Shown here piece by piece: positions 57,355 to 64,000 of a stretch of DNA of 64,000 bases. The translations under genes were made by a program, and so were the position numbers. The stretch comes from Octopus vulgaris (lineage: Eukaryota): NCBI GenBank assembly GCA_951406725.2, contig OX597840.1, positions 37,014,001-37,078,000 of the forward strand, in the 5' to 3' direction. The notes under the pieces were generated by a model, which had not been told where the DNA came from, made no database searches, and saw only the letters and a list, made by a program, of their open reading frames with translations. Position 1 is the stretch's first letter. Each line of letters begins with the position of its first letter.

Positions 57355-57848
57355 CTCATTTATTTCAAGATTTCTTGCCAATAGAGAAAGAACCGGTTTC
57401 TAACCTAGAACCAAGGCTCCTTCATTCGAATTTCAACATCAACAACAGGGTATGTATGTATACATGTATGTATGTATGTATGTGCATATTTGTATGTTTT
57501 ATGTATGTCTTCTCATGCATATAGTTACATATCTAGACATTCTCATATGTATTTAAATGAAAAACTACTTCGAAGTTTTACAGATTTTTACAGTTCCAGT
57601 GATGGATTGGAACTGTAGTCTTCGAATTAGCTTTCTTATTTCTGGTATTGAAACTCCTATTTTCTCAAGATTTGTATTTAGGCAATGTGTTACATATCCC
57701 AGGGCCCCAATAATTGCAGGTATAAACCTGAACTTGTAATCTGGATAGAGTAACTGCAGATTTCTCAATAGTTCAGTAAAGGTGTTCTCTTTTTCACTGA
57801 TCTTCAGCTTTATGTTAACATCGGCTTTGCAGCTAATTTCCACAACCG
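57355..57848 (-). mobile_element. 3' end of an RLE-type (R4/Dong-like) non-LTR element: endonuclease C-terminus plus 3' UTR
   Basis: ORF 57565..57855 reads VVEISCKADVN..EKENTFTELLRNLQLLYPDYKFRFIPAIIGALG..LQFQSITGTVKICK, the characteristic RLE tail (P.IIGALG..L...A..GT..I). Confidence 0.8.
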
Positions 57849-58149
57849 TACGCACGAATATATATATGTGTGTGTCTGAGAGTGTCTCTGTTTATGTATG
57901 TATGTATGTTCATCCTGAGTATGATTTCAAACGTCAACCGTTTTTGGAACCATGGTACGGGAGTTCCTGGGTCTTGTGGAGTGTAGAACCACCTCTGACC
58001 AACTATTTTTCCATGTTCACCCTGACCTCCAGTAGCCACACCTGTTAAGTCCCCAGCTCTATGTTAATTAGCATGCGAACCCCAGGGGGTCAAAAACATC
58101 TACTTCTCATGCGAGCTTCGTTCTTGGAGAAAACAAATTCATATATACA

Positions 58150-58330
58150 AGTATGAAATGCTGCTGGTTCTAACCATCTCCACCTCTGCTCTGCAACGAG
58201 ATTTATCGTTGGTTGCGCAGTAGGATGGTTTCAGTGTTGTGCAGCAGTTTATCCCGTCAGAAGATCTTACATTCTCGGAACGTTTGCACGGACCTATTGT
58301 GTTTAGGAATTGGTCTTTCTCACTAACGCC
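58150..58330 (-). mobile_element. Possible RTE LINE 3' coding relic
   Basis: Peptide KRSENVRSSDGINCCT..ATNDKSRCRAEV weakly resembles RTE ends (KR.RGRP..RW.DGI..T.DR..WR). Confidence 0.35.
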
Positions 58331-58665
58331 TTCACTTTGTAAATATGCCTGCAAGCATGTATGGGCCTATGTCGACGAATGCATGCATACAAACACATAA
58401 GCGAATGTATGTGTGTATTGTTTGCTTATATAAGTTAATTTGTTCGAGTATACAAGAGTTATATGCCACGGTGTAATGTATGCATGTATGTTTGTATGTA
58501 TGGATGGATGGGTAGATAGATGAATATATATATATATATATGTGTGTGTATCTTTGGTACAGATATATACACCTAGCGGTTTTGTGTATATGCGTAGATG
58601 TACGCATGTTGTTTGGGTGCATGTAAGCCGTATATAAGTAAACGATCATGCATACATTCGTACGT

Positions 58666-58707
<42 letters not shown>

Positions 58708-59494
58708 TCATACAATTTATATCCTACTATTTGATTTAATAGGCATTAATCAGCGCCCGGGATTATCATGGTACAGCACCCGAAGACATGCAGTCGCCAA
58801 GCGGATTTTCATACCCTAAATATTTGCCTGTGTGTGTGTTTGTGAAGGAGATAGTTAGTGAATGTATGTGCCTGTGTACGTGAGCGTTTGGGTCAGAAGC
58901 ACCCAGTCGCAGAGGTAGAATCGGATGAAGTGAAACTAGTTTTGGACTTCACCATCCATAGTGATCAGGAGATTCATAGAAGAAGAAATGATATCGTTGC
59001 TGTTGCACAGTTAAGAAAAAGATGAAGAGAGAGAGAGAGAGAGAGAGTGAGTGAGTGAGAGAGAGAGAAAAGGCTTTGTTGGATAATTGATGTAGCATTG
59101 CCAAGGGATAAGAGAATAACGTGAAATGGAAACGGAAAATAAGGAAAAGTAGCAAATTTTGAAGAGGAAAATTGACAAATTGGGAGGCAGGAAAAACTTG
59201 AAGTCGCAGCTATAAGAGTGGATCCCTTGAGGGCTACGTCAGCGATTTAGATCGAAACGTGGATGGGGAAGGGAGGAGTGGAGTGGAACGGAGTTATGTA
59301 CACACGTTCTTCAGAAATGGAGTGGGCCCTGAAGATGTCCTGTGAAATACAAGGGAAGCAAGATATGAGAGACTTTTCGTTCTGTTACTAACTTCTCTCT
59401 CTCTCAATTGTTCAAGATACGATCGACCTGTTGAAAGGGCAGTGATGATGATGATGATGATGATGATGACAATATTAAGGATAGTAATAATCAT

Positions 59495-59640
59495 AATTCT
59501 TTCTAATTTTGGCGCCAGGCCAGCAGTTTTGAGAGGAGGGGACAATTCTACTTCTTCGAACCCAGTACATGACTGGTACTTCAATATATCGACACGGAAA
59601 TGATGAAAGGTAGAGACATCAGCAGTATTTGAACTTCTAT
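59495..59640 (-). mobile_element. SINE family A, degenerate 3' part
   Basis: ttctaattttggcgccaggccagcagtttt..cccagtacatgactggtact..atcgac..atgaaagg. Confidence 0.6.
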
Positions 59641-59689
59641 GATAATAATAATGCTGCTACTACTACTACTACAACAAATGATAATGATG

Positions 59690-59734
<45 letters not shown>

Positions 59735-59735
<1 letters not shown>

Positions 59736-59958
59736 GCAAATATTCTGCTCAAAACCACAGATTTGCTTGTCAGTTGTTTGCCCTTAACCAGTTGAGCATG
59801 TCCTTTGGTGGCTGAAACAAGGTTGTTTTGCGTTCAACACCATTAGACAACCATTATTCAGGGACCTTTTGAGTGGGATGGGTTACTCGACATGAAGAAA
59901 TTCTAACTGAGCCCCACCTGCAAGGTCATACGCTGTTTATCTTGAAATCAGATCATGT
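59735..59958 (+). mobile_element. Repeat family E, internally deleted copy after (AAT)n
   Basis: gcaaatattctgctcaaaaccacagatttgcttgtcagttg..gccccacctgcaaggtcatacgctgtttatcttga. Confidence 0.8.
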
Positions 59959-60057
59959 TACCTTATATATATCTCCACATCGTTATATATGAATCATTTT
60001 GGTTGTATGTTGCATTTTCTGTTTAAGCAATGCATCACATTAGTCGATTTGATATCT

Positions 60058-60350
60058 TTTACTGCAACAGCCTGGGTTTCAGGGACCCACAGCTTTTTAA
60101 TATTCTTCTAAAGAGCTTGAGTAATCTACACAAAGTAGATGTAGGCGTTTTTAAATCAAGGCTGGATCTCTTCCTGTCGAGAGTCCCAGATGAACCTACC
60201 TTATGGCAAGAGGTGCAAATGAGGGCAGCTACATCAAACTCCATTCTTCACCAAGTGCCACTGATTAGAGGAGGATCTCAGTAGTAACAGTGTAGCAAAA
60301 CGCTGGTGCTCCAGCATGGCCAAAGCTATGAGCTGAAATCACAAAAAAGG
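60058..60350 (+). mobile_element. CR1-group LINE 3' end (ORF2 C-terminus plus 3' UTR)
   Basis: YCNSLGFRDPQLFNILLKSLSNLHKVDVGVFKSRLDLFLSRVPDEP..RAATSNSILHQ matches the recalled invertebrate CR1-like terminus RGP.LFN.LP..FK..LD.FL..VPDEP..RAA.SNSL. The UTR carries ggtgctccagcatggcc. Confidence 0.8.
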
Positions 60351-60362
60351 GGGTGGGGAAAG

Positions 60363-60450
60363 ACGGCGAGCTGGCAGAATCGTTAGCACGTTGGCAAAAT
60401 ACTCAGCGGCTTTTCGTTTGCCTCTACGTTCCGAGTTCGAATTCTGCCTT
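60363..60450 (+). mobile_element. SINE family A head
   Basis: ggcgagctggcagaatcgttagcacg..ccgagttcgaattctgcc. Confidence 0.75.
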
Positions 60451-63400
60451 ATGCCAAATTTTGAAGCCAACATTAACAAAGTAGAGCAATGGAAGAAAAT
60501 CCGTCCGACATTCATTTTGCTATTCTCTATTACAACTTATTACAATAAAATTCCATGTTGTACCGATGGGAATCGTCATGTGTCTTTTAAAAAATGGATT
60601 GTTAAAGGAAAATATTGGATTTTCGAATATAAACAAACGACTGAACAGCAGCAGATAATGAGACATCCATCAACAACACAAGAAAACCAAATGGCAAAAG
60701 GGTTGTGTGGAATCGAGGGCGGAAAGCTAAAGAATTACACATACTTAAACGTATATAATTCTTTTTGATGTGAGAAAGGTAACTCTTGATGTATTTCTGA
60801 GACCATGAATACTAAATGTAATAATAATAACAATAACAATAATAATAATGAAAATAATAATAAAATATAAAAAAAACAGAAAAACCTTCATTCTTCCCAT
60901 CCATCACATTAATTAAATTATCACAGTGCATGTTTGCCAAAAAGTCTTTGTGCAATAGCAATTAAGATGAATCTTGCATTAATTAAATTAGCGATGTGGC
61001 TAGTAGATTTCTTAAAGGTGATATCAGTAGCTTCTTTATTAGATTACAATATCAGTTGTTCTAGAGACTTTTGTGAGAAAACTAAACAGCAACAACAACC
61101 ACCACAAAAAGAATTGTAATAATAACAATAATAATAATAATAATAATAGTATTGATGATGATGCTGATAATAATTTTTGCGACAAGCAGAAGGAAATTGA
61201 CAGCGACAGAATGTCACGTGATGGTATTTCTTTCAATATTGACTTTTTTGAATTTTTGCTTGTAATTCCTTGAGGCGAGACGTATCATGAAGTGATACTA
61301 CTGTACTAAGGACAAGGAACTGGAAGAAGCGTTAAATATCTAGGTACAATAACTTACAGCATTGTTCCTGGCCCGTCGTATCCATTTTATACATTCAAAA
61401 TACAGAAATTGAAAAGGTAAACCAGGGCGATGAAATGGCGGAAATACTTTCTTACGGCTTAGTGTTGTGTGTGTGTGTGTTTTTTTTTTCGAGGCAATCC
61501 CTTCAAAATGGCGATTTTGAAGCTGTTCCCGGTCTTTACCTTGGAAATTGTGGGACGGAAGACTCGTATACATGGGTTACCGGTAGTTATTCAGATGATA
61601 AATATCTCTCAGGAATGTACATAGAGTTGGAGATATAAGGGAAATTCCCGAAGTGACGTAGGTTTTAGATACCTATTAACCATTACGACCTCCCTACTCC
61701 CAGTCTCTCCCTGCTTATTGGTTCCACAAAGAACTGTTAGGCTGGGTAAATATAACTAAGATATATAGATTGTTACTCAGTACTAATACTGGATACCTCT
61801 TTGGTCACTAATAACTGAGTTTTAACCATCTAATTACGACACCAGTGAATCACAGGTCACTGGCTTTGTGTATATCACTAGAGACAGGTCTTGACTAGCA
61901 TGCAGTGATAGGGAATGCCTTTCGCTGATGAAGAGCAAACACAGAAGTCAAGTGACTAGCGGCTCCGCCATTAGTACCGGACATTCTTCGTCTGCTGCTG
62001 ATAGCTCTGTGCCATTTAGCAGTCTACTTTATGCTTTCTTGTGAGGAAATACCGTAGTGTTATGGTGTTCTTGCAGAATATCCACGTTAAGTTGGACATA
62101 CAGATTGTTATTCCGCATTAATATTGCCTGCGTCGCTAATAACTAATATACGTGTGTATGTGTGTGTGCATGTGTGTGTGTATGCATGTGTATGTGACTG
62201 TGGTACTAGAACACCTAAACTGCTAGAACAAGAGCTAAAAAGCTCTAGTTCTGTAGTTAAAGCACATCATTTTATACGAAGGTATACAGTTATGCGCTAT
62301 TTCTAGCAATGTAGCTGTTCTAACCCCGTAGTCGTCTTTAGTGACTATTGTACTGTTGCATTTTGGTAAAACATCGCACACGGCTGTCTCATAGAGAAAA
62401 CGAATAATTTGCTGCTTGAAGGAAATTTTACCGTTATTTGTCCTGAGCTGGTCAAGAGATTGCTTCCATTATTTGCACGTTTAGAGCGAATGGTTGTTTT
62501 AGTAGTTGAGCCTGTCTGATTGTAAAGTTGAGGATCCTAACAGATCCTAACGATTCTAACTGAGGCAATGATTATGTCGACGGTTTTGATTATGTTGGTG
62601 GTGTTGACCGTGATAAAGATCAACAAAGTGGTTCCTGTTGTTAGAAGCAGTCAACGAGGGAATCTCTACGAAAGGCAAGGGAAATTGTTTTCGAGAAGCG
62701 GACCGCATGAGACATGGTTCATCATTAGAGAGACCGCAACGACTGAAAAATTGCAAGGTCTTTTTTGATTGGGATTGCAAATCATAAAATCCTGCGGGTT
62801 ACGGATTGACTTTGATTGCACAAATAGGTCCCTTGAGAAACTAAAAAGAACAGAGGAATATTTCTCACCATCACACCGAAAAATCAAGGGCTGAAGTTTC
62901 ATTTGAACATGTAGTTCATGATGCATAAGATCTAGGATGATCATGGCACGTGTTTACAAATCTACCTCCTCACAGAATACCTGGGGTTAAAGAACAACAA
63001 AAACAACACTATCGATTCGATGATATAGTTGTAGGTAGAGTATGTTTTTAATAGAAGACTGTAGATGTTAGGGATGGAATAAATTCCATAATAGACTAGC
63101 CAAGTCGAACACTGACTGGAGGCTGGACAGTTTCTTCATCACCACAGTCAAACTTTGAGCAAAGTAGTGCAACATTAACAGGAAGTAAAATGATTCGCAA
63201 GAAATAGCAGACAAAGATATATCAAACCATATAACTAATGTCTCAAAAACTAAGAACCATTTCATGTATGTAGTCCTAGATACATTATGTCTGAAACTAA
63301 TAAATGCAAAATGGTTATATTTTGAATGGTTCGATCAATTCTCACTTCAGGCAAAACAACAACAACAGCACGAACAACAACGGAATCAGCAGCGGCCGCA

Positions 63401-63655
63401 CGGTGGAATCAGCTTTGGTGTTCTAATTTATGAAAACACAGGTGCCGAAATGGTTAGAGTGCCTGATATTTCTCAGAACTCATTTAGGACTAATGGAATA
63501 TAGTATCAGCAGCGAAAATATGACTGAATAAAAGAATATATGAGCATGCACGCGCGCGATATATATATATATAGTTTTTTTTTTTGCTGCTTGTGACTAC
63601 ATGTAACTATATAGTCACATGTATACGGAGCTGTACAATAAGCACTCACGTATGC

Positions 63656-63696
<41 letters not shown>

Positions 63697-63819
63697 AAAT
63701 CAACGCCTGTTGCTCTACTTCCGAGACATAGTTTTCTTTCGAGTTCCAAACATACGCAAACATACACATCACACCATACATATTTACGTGTGAGTCATGT
63801 GTACATGAATGTACATTTA

Positions 63820-64000
63820 AATATATATATATATACACATACATACATATATATACATATATATATACATGCATATACATATATATACACATGCATATAC
63901 ATATATATACACATGCATATATATATATATACATACATATATATATATACATACATACATATATATACATACATACATACATATATATACATACATATAT
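63820..64000. repeat. Compound (TA)n/(CATA)n microsatellite
   Basis: Directly visible. Confidence 0.95.

Noticed and set aside
59326-59356. CTGAAGA..GAAA motif
   Set aside because: No stem II pairing and no valid cleavage triplet or stem I.
61925-61970. CTGATGA A GAGC..GCTC motif
   Set aside because: Not followed by GAAA, so the hammerhead core is incomplete.
62430-63270. Several short ORFs in non-repetitive sequence (possible exons or hAT relic)
   Set aside because: Stops occur in all frames and there is no motif I can identify; a BLASTX search would be needed.

Overview
Very AT-rich eukaryotic DNA packed with microsatellites ((TA)n, (CA)n, (GA)n, (TAA)n, (GAT)n). I find no supportable host protein-coding exon: most ORFs in the track are translations of simple repeats or decayed transposons. 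The SINE families and microsatellite style resemble octopus (coleoid cephalopod) intronic or intergenic DNA; this is an inference from recalled repeat sequences, not a search. The window holds many tRNA-derived SINE copies (at least four families, some nested, one with a target-site duplication). It also holds decayed LINE fragments (RTE, R4/Dong-like, CR1-like), a mariner transposase relic, a short non-autonomous Helitron and a (TAA)n-associated repeat. The most notable signal is a set of short, ORF-less elements, mostly abutting (TA)n tracts, that carry minimal type I hammerhead ribozyme motifs of the kind known from Penelope-like elements. There are seven motif copies at six loci from about five sequence families. 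Two of these elements are long palindromes, including a 331-bp near-perfect inverted repeat at 54071-54401 that encodes an intact hammerhead core on both strands.
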